In this document: in pieces, positions 1 to 9,117 of the stretch
Layout: every line of letters begins with the position of its first letter
How positions within the stretch are numbered: the stretch's first letter is position 1
From: an uncultured Gammaproteobacteria bacterium
Lineage (GTDB): Bacteria > Patescibacteriota > Patescibacteriia > Magasanikbacterales > UBA922
Length of the DNA: 64,000 bases
Direction: 5' to 3'
NCBI GenBank assembly: GCA_964418775.1
Contig: CAYQNA010000003.1
Coordinates: forward strand, 7,307-71,306
Notes under the pieces: model-generated
What the model was told of the DNA's origin: nothing
Database searches by the model: none
What the model saw: the letters and a program-made list of their open reading frames with translations, nothing else
Made by a program: the position numbers and the translations under genes

Positions 1-1337
1 ACGCTGTTCGTCTTGCTTACGTTATCGCTAAACACAAGCTCCGTCGCCCCAAACCAACCGTCAAGGCTGGCGCAATTGTGGCCGTAACTTTTTTAATCGA
101 AGTAGGACTCGCACTGTACAAACACAGCTGGGATGCCGTGTTCGGTCTCGTTATTTTCCGCCCCTTCCTAATTGCGCTCATCACATTTGTATCAAATAAA
201 ATCACCGAGCAGCTTAAAAACTGGTATATTTATCGGGCCAGTCGCAAACTGGCTAAACACCCAAACCTCACGATCATTGGGATCACTGGAAGCTACGGTA
301 AATCAACAGTCAAAGAATACACCAGCCACATCCTCAGTAAAAAATTCCGCGTTCTCAAGACCCCGGGCAACATTAATACTGATATTGGTGTGGCCTTATT
401 TTTATTGCGTCAAAATTTAAATGAAGCCGATGTGCTCGTGGTTGAAATGGGGGCTTACAAAATTGGCGAAATCGAAAAAATTTGCCAAATGGTTAAACCA
501 AAAATTGCCATCCTTACTGCCATTATCGAGCAACACTTAATTTTGTTTGGTTCCATAAAAAATGTCCAAACTGCGAAATACGAATTGCTGCGTTCAGTGC
601 CAGCCGATGGTTTGGTCATTACAAACGCCGACAATAAATATTGCACTGAATACTTGTCGGAATTAACTTGCAAAAATCAGCAAACATTTGGCGAGGAATT
701 GGAAAACCGCCCAACCTTGATGATCGAAGAAACAAATTTCCGCAATGGTTTTGCGAGCGGCCGCTACACATATCAAGGTCACAGTTGGCACATAACGGCT
801 CCCGTAGTTGGTGCACATCAGATTAATAATTTAGCGCCCGCAGTCATGGTCGCGACACACCTGGGCATGAACCAAGAAGAAATCACTGTTGCCTGTGCCA
901 CATTGCCAGCCGGGGACCATGGGCTTAAAATCTTCTCATTCGGGCAGGCCACGATTATTGACGACTCCTACAATTCCAATCCAAATGGCTTTACCGCTGC
1001 GCTCGAAGTGATGGGCTCATTCCCATCATCACAGTCACGTGTGGTCATTACCCGCGGTATGATGGAGCTGGGTGATCGTCACGAAGAACTACACGAAACT
1101 ATTGCCGAAGAAATTGCGTTCTATGCTGACACACTTGTTATCATTACGCCTGATGCCGCTGCACCACTCAAACGCGGTGTTGAACGCTTGAACCAAAAAT
1201 TCCATTTGTCTGTTGAAGAAATGTATGACCAAGCCGCGCTACGCAATTATTTGCTTGGGCTCAAAGAAACCAGCAGCGTAATTTTACTTGAAAATCGCAT
1301 GCCAGATTCGGTGCGGTCATTACTTGCAGCCAAATAA
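1..1337 (+). CDS. murF: UDP-N-acetylmuramoyl-tripeptide--D-alanyl-D-alanine ligase MurF; 5' end runs off the window (reading frame open to position 3); N-terminal region unusually hydrophobic
   Basis: Mur ligase P-loop GITGSYGKST, MurF-type C-terminal motif IIDDSYNSNP; track ORF starts at GTG 78 but frame is open upstream. Confidence 0.75.
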   Translation, partial: AVRLAYVIAKHKLRRPKPTVKAGAIVAVTFLIEVGLALYKHSWDAVFGLVIFRPFLIALITFVSNKITEQLKNWYIYRASRKLAKHPNLTIIGITGSYGKSTVKEYTSHILSKKFRVLKTPGNINTDIGVALFLLRQNLNEADVLVVEMGAYKIGEIEKICQMVKPKIAILTAIIEQHLILFGSIKNVQTAKYELLRSVPADGLVITNADNKYCTEYLSELTCKNQQTFGEELENRPTLMIEETNFRNGFASGRYTYQGHSWHITAPVVGAHQINNLAPAVMVATHLGMNQEEITVACATLPAGDHGLKIFSFGQATIIDDSYNSNPNGFTAALEVMGSFPSSQSRVVITRGMMELGDRHEELHETIAEEIAFYADTLVIITPDAAAPLKRGVERLNQKFHLSVEEMYDQAALRNYLLGLKETSSVILLENRMPDSVRSLLAAK

Positions 1338-1338
1338 T

Positions 1339-2574
1339 ATGCGCACGATTTTTACTGGGTATGCACCAACCGAAAGTCTTGTTCAGGTAAAAACTGCCCT
1401 TAGTCTTTTTTTGCCAAATCGCTGGTCGGAGTGGCGCACGTTTAAACATTCGTCGCAAGTCGAAGCCTGGTTTGCCAATCAGTACCACGTAAAGCAGGCT
1501 CACACTATTGATAGTGGACGAGCCGCTATCCAACTCGTCCTAGAAGCACTGCACCTTAAGCCTGGAGATGAAGTATTGGTGCAGGCATACACCTGTCTAG
1601 TTGTGGTAAATGCAATCTGTTGGGCTGGCGGCACGCCAGTTTTTGTTGATGTGCTTGATAATACAACTATGGATGTTACGGATGCTGCTTGCAAAATTAC
1701 AAACCGTACTAAAGCTATTTTAATCCAACATACATTTGGTTTTGCTGCCGACATGCCCGCGCTTTTGGCCTTGGCCAAAAAAAATCATCTGTTCACCATT
1801 GAGGATTGCGCTCACGCTATTGGCGTCTACGATAAAGAAAATAAATTACTAGGCTCACAGGGCGACGCTGCTATTTTTAGTTTTGGTAGTGACAAGGTCG
1901 TATCTTCGGGCCGTGGTGGCATAATTGTTACCAAACACCAAGACCTTAACCAAAAATTACGAAAAAGGATTGCTAAGCTGCCAATTGTACCCAGATGGTA
2001 TACTGCGACCCATCTTTTGCGTGTAGTCTGGTTTTACTACGGCAAGGCAACATATCATTTAGGAATAGGTAAATGGCTTATGGCCGCAATGGCCAAACTC
2101 GGTCTTTCAAATCCTCTTATATACCCTAACGAAAAAAAGGGGGAGGGAATGAGTCCATTTCCAGCCAGGTGGCCAAGTGCTTTTGCTGCCTTGGTTTTAC
2201 CACAATTAATGAACTTAGACAAAATTCAAGCCGCTCGCAAACGCTTAGTTTTGCGTTACGAAGAAGAGATCAATAACCCTAACGTACGACTCGCCCCTGG
2301 TGCAAGTAAATACCCCCTTATTCGTTTACCAGCATTTGTGGAAGACCCACAGGCGTGGCACAAGGCTGCCCAAAAGCAAGGAATATTTTTAGGTTACTGG
2401 TATGATGCCGTTATTTCGCCAGATGAACGTGTAGTCATTGAAAAATACACACCGGGCAGTTGCCCGAACGCCGAACGGTTGGCTGCTCAGACAATAAATT
2501 TTCCGACTGGGCCACGTCTAACACCAGCCGAGCAGGGGAAAGTGATTGCTTTTATCAATTCGTTTCAACCGTAA
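1339..2574 (+). CDS. DegT/DnrJ/EryC1/StrS family PLP-dependent aminotransferase (sugar aminotransferase)
   Basis: ATG at 1339 directly after murF stop; AIQLVLEALHLKPGDEVLVQAYTC...FSFGSDK typical of DegT family. Confidence 0.7.
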   Translation: MRTIFTGYAPTESLVQVKTALSLFLPNRWSEWRTFKHSSQVEAWFANQYHVKQAHTIDSGRAAIQLVLEALHLKPGDEVLVQAYTCLVVVNAICWAGGTPVFVDVLDNTTMDVTDAACKITNRTKAILIQHTFGFAADMPALLALAKKNHLFTIEDCAHAIGVYDKENKLLGSQGDAAIFSFGSDKVVSSGRGGIIVTKHQDLNQKLRKRIAKLPIVPRWYTATHLLRVVWFYYGKATYHLGIGKWLMAAMAKLGLSNPLIYPNEKKGEGMSPFPARWPSAFAALVLPQLMNLDKIQAARKRLVLRYEEEINNPNVRLAPGASKYPLIRLPAFVEDPQAWHKAAQKQGIFLGYWYDAVISPDERVVIEKYTPGSCPNAERLAAQTINFPTGPRLTPAEQGKVIAFINSFQP

Positions 2575-2576
2575 TT

Positions 2577-3617
2577 ATGCACATTGCCCAGATTACCGAT
2601 TTGGCTGCATGGGAGAAGTTTGTTCAAGACCAGCCATACACGCTCTTTACCCAATCCACGCACTACGCTGATTTTCACCGTTCAATGGGAGAGGAAGGTT
2701 GGATTTGGGGTGTGTTTGATGATGCGGATAATTTAATTTTAGGCACACTTGTAATTAGTGTGCACGCCCGGCGTGGTAATTTTTTGTTTATTCCGTACGG
2801 GCCAGTGTGGGCTCATAGCGCAGACCCAGCCACAGTGAGCAAGGCTGGTTTGGCACTGTTGGCAGAATTAAAAAAATTCGGCCTGGCGCACAATTATCAT
2901 TTCATTCGCACGAGTCCATTCACGCCAGATATTGCCGAGACACGCGCACACTACGCCGAGGCCGGTTTTCGCGATGCGCCAATGCACATGCTCGCCGAAC
3001 ACACCTGGTTATTGGACTTGCACGCAGACGAAGACACGCTCTTAAGTGCGATGGAAAAAAACCATCGCAATTTAATTCGCCGCTGCCAAAAAGAAGGCGT
3101 ACGCGTTGATTTTTCGAGCAGTAGCGAGGCGGTGGCTGACTTCAATCGTTTACACGACATCACGGCCGCCCGCCACAAATTTCATCGTTTTTCGGCCAAT
3201 TATATTCAAAAAGAATTTGAAGCGTTCGCGTCTACCGGTCAGGCAGTGGTTGCCCGCGCGTATTTAGCCGATGGTACCCTCGATTCAGCGGCAATTTTCA
3301 TGTATTATGGTACCATGAGTGCGTATCGCCATGGCGCCTCGCTTATGACGGATAAAAAAGTCCCCACCTCGTACTTGTTGCAGTGGGAAGCAATCCGTCG
3401 TGCGCGTGACCAGGGTATGCAGTGGCATAATTTTTGGGGCATTGCACCCGATGGTGCGTCACCAAAGCATCCGTTTTACGGCATCACGCACTTCAAAAAA
3501 GGGTTTGGTGGCCAGCCATACCAGCTCGTGCACTGCCAGGATTTTCCACTGTCATGGCGCTACTGGCCCAATTGGATTTTAGAAACTGCTCGCAGTATTC
3601 GTCGCGGTTTTGTTTAA
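2577..3617 (+). CDS. FemAB-family peptidoglycan interpeptide aminoacyltransferase-like protein
   Basis: Start at MHIAQITDLAAWEKF just after upstream stop; overall FemAB/FemX-like N-terminal pattern; sits in dcw-like context. Confidence 0.5.
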   Translation: MHIAQITDLAAWEKFVQDQPYTLFTQSTHYADFHRSMGEEGWIWGVFDDADNLILGTLVISVHARRGNFLFIPYGPVWAHSADPATVSKAGLALLAELKKFGLAHNYHFIRTSPFTPDIAETRAHYAEAGFRDAPMHMLAEHTWLLDLHADEDTLLSAMEKNHRNLIRRCQKEGVRVDFSSSSEAVADFNRLHDITAARHKFHRFSANYIQKEFEAFASTGQAVVARAYLADGTLDSAAIFMYYGTMSAYRHGASLMTDKKVPTSYLLQWEAIRRARDQGMQWHNFWGIAPDGASPKHPFYGITHFKKGFGGQPYQLVHCQDFPLSWRYWPNWILETARSIRRGFV

Positions 3618-3620
3618 ACC

Positions 3621-4616
3621 ATGCGTTTTAATCCATACAAAGCACAACGGCAGCTTGATCGTCGCTCGCGCGCCTGGCACCAGACCACGGCGTGGTTTCG
3701 TAATCTCTTACCCAGCGGTCCACAGCCTGGGCGCTACGCTAACCCACTTCATCAGCAAACCAAAAAACGTTGGCCTTTGCCAACACTGATTGTGATGTTG
3801 TTTACACTTGGCGGGGTTTTAGTTTGGCACCCATTTTTTACTGTACATCTAGTTGGCGTCACTGGCGCGACACGCGTTCCAGCCAGTGAAGTTTCCGAGG
3901 TTGCACAGGGGATTATGGACCGTACCCGTTGGTTGGTGCTACCAGGTACAAATTATTTTTTGATCAATACAAACGAAATTGCTAACATTCTTACCCAACG
4001 GTTTCCATTTTATCGCGTCGAACTCGTAAAACGTTTCCCAAGCCAGCTTGACATTAGGGTAGTTGAAAAAGATCCGGTGCTTATTTTTGATAATGGTCTG
4101 GAATATAGTTATGTTGACCCTAGTGGTCAAGTGATTAAAGTTCTGGAACGGGTTGGGGACAATGAGTGGCAGTTTAAAACTGCCGTGCCTACGCACGCCA
4201 CAACCACGCCAGGAGTTACAAGCACTCTAGAGATTGTCAGCCGCTGGCACGAACCCGCTGCTAAACGTATTGCAACGACCTATGGCCTTTACCCAATCCT
4301 ATATCAAGTAGGAGGAACAACCACATCACCAAATAGTCAAGCAGTTTCGTTTGAGATGGTAACTAATGTCCGTGCCTGGCAAGAGCGGCTTGATAACAGT
4401 TTAGGACAGCCCGGCGCTCTGTTTTTTGTCCAGGACAACGAGAGGGGTGAGGGGAGTATACGCACTCGGGCTGGCTGGTCACTCAAAGTCCGTCTACTCG
4501 ATGACGTGGAAGTGCAAGCCCAACGACTTGAACTTGTGCTACGTACTTTAGATAATCAAAAAGTAAAACCAAACTATATTGACGTCCGGTTTGAAGGTAA
4601 AGTCTTCTGGCAGTAG
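3621..4616 (+). CDS. FtsQ/DivIB-like cell division protein (single TM + POTRA-like region)
   Basis: TM helix WPLPTLIVMLFTLGGVLVW followed by LVGVTGATRVPASEV...FPSQLDIRVVEKDP pattern typical of POTRA domain; position after murF cluster. Confidence 0.45.
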   Translation: MRFNPYKAQRQLDRRSRAWHQTTAWFRNLLPSGPQPGRYANPLHQQTKKRWPLPTLIVMLFTLGGVLVWHPFFTVHLVGVTGATRVPASEVSEVAQGIMDRTRWLVLPGTNYFLINTNEIANILTQRFPFYRVELVKRFPSQLDIRVVEKDPVLIFDNGLEYSYVDPSGQVIKVLERVGDNEWQFKTAVPTHATTTPGVTSTLEIVSRWHEPAAKRIATTYGLYPILYQVGGTTTSPNSQAVSFEMVTNVRAWQERLDNSLGQPGALFFVQDNERGEGSIRTRAGWSLKVRLLDDVEVQAQRLELVLRTLDNQKVKPNYIDVRFEGKVFWQ

Positions 4617-5225
4617 AGGAGAGAAGATGATAGGCGCCATGGACCATGGCTGCGAAGGATAAATTCAATGTCGCACAATGTTTATTATACGACCCTATAT
4701 ACTGGGTTTACCTAGAATAGACTCCGATCCTACATTGGCTAATTGCCTTCTCCACCAAGCACACAGACCAGATATTAAACAGCAAACGCCGGCGGATTTT
4801 GATTTCAAAATTTTTAGTTTTAAGTCCTAAATTCTAATTTAATTATCAGACAATTTACCTAAGCATTCTAGGACCTGGCTAACCTATGCTAACTAGCCCG
4901 CTTACCCCACCCTCCTACGCATTTACCCTAATTAGTAATAATTTTGCGACACAACAGAATAGTCGTTATTTTTCAAGGGGTATAGAGATACCTCTTTTCT
5001 TTAAAAAAATCTGTCCGAGTTTTTTGGTGCGTTACAAACAAAAATAATTTTGTTGAAAATTGAATTTACCAAGGTAAATTAAGGGTAAAATTCATCTGAA
5101 AATTTTTGTAATTAGCGTTGCATGCTAGCACAAATTATTTATCGGTACACAATGTGTGATTTGATTGTAAGGAGCACTTCCCTGTTATGACCTATTCTAG
5201 GCTAATATATTGTGCGACACATGAC

Positions 5226-6023
5226 TTATTTAATCATGTACTCAACTGTGCTTGTTTGCCAATGATCCAAGAGGTATGCCACCGATCGCTTCCCAATTGC
5301 ATATCTACCTTGCGCTGGATTCCACACATAATAACTCTGCAGTGCGGTTTGCTTGACCTTCTGCTCCCCTGCTGTTAATTCAATTGTTTGGCTTTTATCA
5401 CTACTAATGTCACTAAAATAAATTTTTTGCTGAATGCCTTTAAACCTCTGCAGAGCTTTTTGCAAACTCCAATGGTCAGGGTTGCGGAAGTGCGCCTCCC
5501 CTGGTCCTGAGGCAAGGGTGATGTAGGTGCCATTACCTAACTGGTCGTATATCCGAGCAATCGCCGCCTCGGCTTCCTCAATACTCAAATGCGCGTCGTT
5601 GTATTTAGGTGTGGAAGTGCCATCTATCCCCCCACCATTGGTGAAAATAATATGTTCAGGGTTCAGGCCAATCGCTTGCATGGATGCAAACACTTCGCGA
5701 TTACGAGCAGCCGAAAAGGCGCGTGGACTAAGCTGTAAACTGCGACGCACAACCGAACCAGCCCCATCAGTTACAATGATTGCATAGACTGGCCTGCCTG
5801 TATTTACAAAACGATGCAAACTGCCGGCATAAAACATTTCGTCATCCTGATGCGCGAGCAGGGCCACGACTGGCCAGGGGCCTGGTTTGTCAACATTGAT
5901 GTGCGGTCGTGCTGGTTGTACAGACCACCACGGCCACAAAGCACTGCTGGCAAGCCCTAAGCTGACGGTCGATAAGAAACCGGCAATAAAGATTCTAATT
6001 GTGCCATGAGGCCGGGTTCTCAT
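5226..6023 (-). CDS. PIG-L/LmbE family N-acetylglucosaminyl deacetylase, membrane anchored
   Basis: VVALLAHQDDEMFYAGSL...AIIVTDGAG motifs (AHxDDE) ; start chosen at MRTRPHG abutting upstream stop. Confidence 0.6.
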   Translation of the reverse strand: MRTRPHGTIRIFIAGFLSTVSLGLASSALWPWWSVQPARPHINVDKPGPWPVVALLAHQDDEMFYAGSLHRFVNTGRPVYAIIVTDGAGSVVRRSLQLSPRAFSAARNREVFASMQAIGLNPEHIIFTNGGGIDGTSTPKYNDAHLSIEEAEAAIARIYDQLGNGTYITLASGPGEAHFRNPDHWSLQKALQRFKGIQQKIYFSDISSDKSQTIELTAGEQKVKQTALQSYYVWNPAQGRYAIGKRSVAYLLDHWQTSTVEYMIK

Positions 6024-6541
6024 AATCCGGCCTTGGCCTGCAGTGCTAAGTATACTTCCCACAACCAACGTGCGTCATCAAGGGCATTGTGCTGTACACC
6101 CGTTTGTTTAACCAAACCTAATTCTTTCCAAAAATTTTCCCGACCCATGCTATCTGGTGGATATCCAAGCGCAAACAGAATCGAAGCAAAATCAATCGGG
6201 ATCCAAAACGCAGGGTGGTCCATTGGTGAGCCAAACAAGTCGTACCAAAACACGGCATCAAATTGATTTACATAAGCCACTAAGTAGGGCTGGTCTGGAC
6301 CCACAAACTCACGCAGACGTTTTTTAGCTTCCTCACGTTCAACTTTTGGGCCTTTTAAATAAGGTAAGACTTTTTCCGTCACCCAAGGGTGTGGCTCACC
6401 TTTGTAATCAAGCTCTAAGTAAAGCTCTTCCCCACTGTACTTAACTAAACCAATTGAAATTAATTCACCGTTGCGCGGGTCTAAATGTGTAAACTCGGTA
6501 TCAAAGAAAATTAATCGGTCTGAATATGGTTTAAATTGCAT
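6020..6541 (-). CDS. Rv2179c-like DEDDh 3'-5' exonuclease (small standalone)
   Basis: Motif I FFDTEFT, ELISIGLV, motif III HNALDDARW; size ~170 aa as Rv2179c family; downstream of lexA-dinB in same orientation. Confidence 0.55.
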   Translation of the reverse strand: MQFKPYSDRLIFFDTEFTHLDPRNGELISIGLVKYSGEELYLELDYKGEPHPWVTEKVLPYLKGPKVEREEAKKRLREFVGPDQPYLVAYVNQFDAVFWYDLFGSPMDHPAFWIPIDFASILFALGYPPDSMGRENFWKELGLVKQTGVQHNALDDARWLWEVYLALQAKAGL

Positions 6542-6562
6542 ATGGATTTATTTGTCTATATT

Positions 6563-7822
6563 TTACCGCACAATACCAGCCATGACCAGTGGCAAATGCC
6601 ATGGTGCAGTAGCGCGGCCAGCCTGCTTGAACACTTTAGTCCCCTTTTGACCCGTTAAAGCCGCTGCACTATGGACAGTGTGCTTACCAAAACGCTTGGC
6701 TAGGGTATCTACAGCTTCATAAACTTGGCGTAATGCTGGTGCTGTAACCACAGACTCGAACAAATCACCCTGCACAGCATCTGCATCGCTTAATTCCGCC
6801 AACACAACTCCGGTAGCACGATAGGCCTGGCCAGACTTGTGCAAACGAGCAAACACTGGTTTGATCGCATTGATTACATCACGGTCAAACGCTGAAGGAC
6901 GCACGAGCTTAATTTCCATAGCCATAACATTAAAGGCCGTATTTTTGAGAAAAATTGAAACTCGAGCAGCGACCAGGTTATGCTGACGAGCTTTGGCACA
7001 AGCATTCTCAATGTTGCGCACGAGCTCAGCATACACGGCCTGACGATCAGTTCGACCAACTGTGAACGTATGCGTTTTGGAAATCGAAGCTACGGTTGTT
7101 TTTTCTTCAGAAATCACTGGGTATACGCTAACACCTTGCAATTCTTGCCAGATTTCCTGGTGCGGTTTGGAAAAATTGTCACGCACCGCGCCCAAGGATT
7201 GGCCAACAAAATCATACGCAGTAAAAATATTCATGCGACGCATATATTCAGCTGTGCTCGAACCAATCCCCCACACTTGGTCCACCAGAAAGTCGCGTAA
7301 ATACTCAGGCAAATCTTTGCAACTAATCGTTACTAAACCATTTGGTTTATTGCTACCCGAAGCTAACTTGGCCAAAACTTTTGTTGGCGCAAGACCAACC
7401 GACACAGTGATTCCGAGCTCGCGTTGGATTGTATTTTTAACTGTTTCCGCAATCTGTTTGTAGGTTAAACCTTCCACTTTATCTAAGCCGGTAATATCCA
7501 TGAAACCTTCGTCAATACTGTATTCCTCTACCTGGTCAGTAAAACGACGCATGATCGCAAACAAGCGACGTGAGAACAAGCTGTAGGCTTCATAATCGCC
7601 CTCGCACACAGCCAAATCTGGACATAACTGACGAGCTTGCGACACGAGCATGCAACGCTTGACCCCTTTGGCTTTAGCTTCATAACTAAGAGCAGTCACA
7701 ATGCCACGGTCACCGCCAACAACCACTGGACGTCCTTTTAAACTAGGGTGTAAAGCTTGCTCGCAGCTGGCAAAAAATGCGTCGGCATCAATGTGCACGA
7801 TCGCCTTAGGAAATAAATTCAT
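6563..7822 (-). CDS. dinB: DNA polymerase IV (Y-family, DinB)
   Basis: IVHIDADAFFASCEQ...GRPVVVGG...GLD motifs of Y-family polymerases; 20 bp downstream of lexA. Confidence 0.9.
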   Translation of the reverse strand: MNLFPKAIVHIDADAFFASCEQALHPSLKGRPVVVGGDRGIVTALSYEAKAKGVKRCMLVSQARQLCPDLAVCEGDYEAYSLFSRRLFAIMRRFTDQVEEYSIDEGFMDITGLDKVEGLTYKQIAETVKNTIQRELGITVSVGLAPTKVLAKLASGSNKPNGLVTISCKDLPEYLRDFLVDQVWGIGSSTAEYMRRMNIFTAYDFVGQSLGAVRDNFSKPHQEIWQELQGVSVYPVISEEKTTVASISKTHTFTVGRTDRQAVYAELVRNIENACAKARQHNLVAARVSIFLKNTAFNVMAMEIKLVRPSAFDRDVINAIKPVFARLHKSGQAYRATGVVLAELSDADAVQGDLFESVVTAPALRQVYEAVDTLAKRFGKHTVHSAAALTGQKGTKVFKQAGRATAPWHLPLVMAGIVR

Positions 7823-7842
7823 AAGCGACAGGTTAAGTGAGT

Positions 7843-8424
7843 TTAGACGTACTTACGAATGACACTGGAAACCACCCCGCCAATTTTTAGTTCTTCGCGC
7901 GGATGAATATCTGGATAATTCTGGTTGGCCGGACGCAGAATTACCCTGTCACCACGTTTGATGTAATATTTCATGGTCCAATCATGGTCGACCTCTGCCA
8001 CCACGATATCACCAGTCTTAGGGGAACGCGTACGATCAACAATAACCATGTCCCCTTCCATAATTCCCGCTTCGATCATTGAATCTCCAGACACAGTGAG
8101 CAGATAACTAGCTTGTGGATGTTCGATTAGCCATCGGTCCAAGCTAACTGTACTGGCGGTTGCATCCTCCTCTGCAGTCGTAGGGAACCCGGCTTGTACA
8201 GAACCAAGTACCCGTAGACCAAATAACTTATCGGTTGGTAGCAACTTACCCGTACTCCCCTTTTCTAGGACACCATCTTCCAAAAACTTTTGCACGTAGC
8301 GATACAGCGAGCCTTTGGATTTGAGGGCGAACAGACTCAGCATTTCATCGTACGTCGGCAGTTGCCGATACTCTTGAAAGTACTGGGCCAGCTTGCGTCG
8401 TCGCTGCTGGTACATTTCGTCCAT
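7843..8424 (-). CDS. lexA: LexA repressor (S24 peptidase)
   Basis: wHTH N-terminus, GDSMIEAGIMEGDMVIVDR Ser/Lys dyad region. Confidence 0.9.
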   Translation of the reverse strand: MDEMYQQRRRKLAQYFQEYRQLPTYDEMLSLFALKSKGSLYRYVQKFLEDGVLEKGSTGKLLPTDKLFGLRVLGSVQAGFPTTAEEDATASTVSLDRWLIEHPQASYLLTVSGDSMIEAGIMEGDMVIVDRTRSPKTGDIVVAEVDHDWTMKYYIKRGDRVILRPANQNYPDIHPREELKIGGVVSSVIRKYV

Positions 8425-8463
8425 ATGAGTAAAAGTAAGTAATTAGGTGATATTTGTATTATA

Positions 8464-8479
8464 GAGAACATTTGTTCTC
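8464..8479. promoter_or_regulatory. LexA/SOS box (GAAC-N4-GTTC type): GAGAACATTTGTTCTC, perfect palindrome in lexA / exonuclease divergent promoter region
   Basis: Perfect 16-bp palindrome matching Gram-positive-type LexA consensus CGAACRNRYGTTCG; located 40 bp upstream of lexA start and 117 bp upstream of divergent exonuclease gene. Confidence 0.7.
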
Positions 8480-8595
8480 ATTGCAATACTTGACGTGTGG
8501 ATAAGTAACAAAATCTCTGAATTTACGTCTTCTTAGACAGCCTGGAGCCACAATTTTACAGTAAAAAAAGTTAACCCATTACTTATTGTTTAGGT

Positions 8596-9084
8596 ATGAA
8601 AAATTTAATTTTTGTCGACGTTGAAGCAACTGGAGATTGTCCAGGTATCCACAAAATGACGGAATTTGGTGCAGTTGACTACGCAACAAAGCAGACTTTT
8701 CATGGTATTTTGTTTACCAGTGTGCCAAATAAAGAAAACCCAGCTATTTCTGAAATTATCGGTGAAGGATTTGACCAAGTTAAGGTGTTTACCGAATTTA
8801 AAGAATGGATTGGCACAGTGTGCAAAGGCCGTCCTATTTTTATGAGTGATAATCCGGCTTATGATTTTCAGTGGATTAATTATGGTTTTTGGCACGCAAT
8901 TGGCGAAAATCCGTTTGGACACTCGGGTCGCCGTATCAGTGATTTTTATGCAGGATTAACTGATAATTTTTCCAACACGCAAGATTGGAAAAAATTGCGT
9001 ATTACACCGCATGATCACAATCCGGTAAATGACGCCATGGGCAATGTCGAAGCGTTCGAAAGAATGATGAAGGGTGAACGCTAG
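8596..9084 (+). CDS. DEDDh-family 3'-5' exonuclease (DnaQ-like), small standalone
   Basis: Motif I IFVDVEATG, motif III HDHNPVNDAMGN; divergent from lexA with LexA box between. Confidence 0.55.
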   Translation: MKNLIFVDVEATGDCPGIHKMTEFGAVDYATKQTFHGILFTSVPNKENPAISEIIGEGFDQVKVFTEFKEWIGTVCKGRPIFMSDNPAYDFQWINYGFWHAIGENPFGHSGRRISDFYAGLTDNFSNTQDWKKLRITPHDHNPVNDAMGNVEAFERMMKGER

Positions 9085-9117
9085 AAAAAACCGACCCAAT
9101 TGGGTCGGTTTTATTTT
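9085..9117. terminator. Bidirectional rho-independent terminator (palindrome CCGACCCAATTGGGTCGG flanked by A- and T-runs)
   Basis: Perfect 18-nt palindrome between convergent genes. Confidence 0.5.

Noticed and set aside
5187-5378. Cys-rich 63-aa ORF with AGGAG upstream in the 600-bp spacer
   Set aside because: Most of it overlaps the LmbE 3' coding region antisense; the SD spacing is long (12 nt); the composition looks random. Kept only as a note within the spacer finding.
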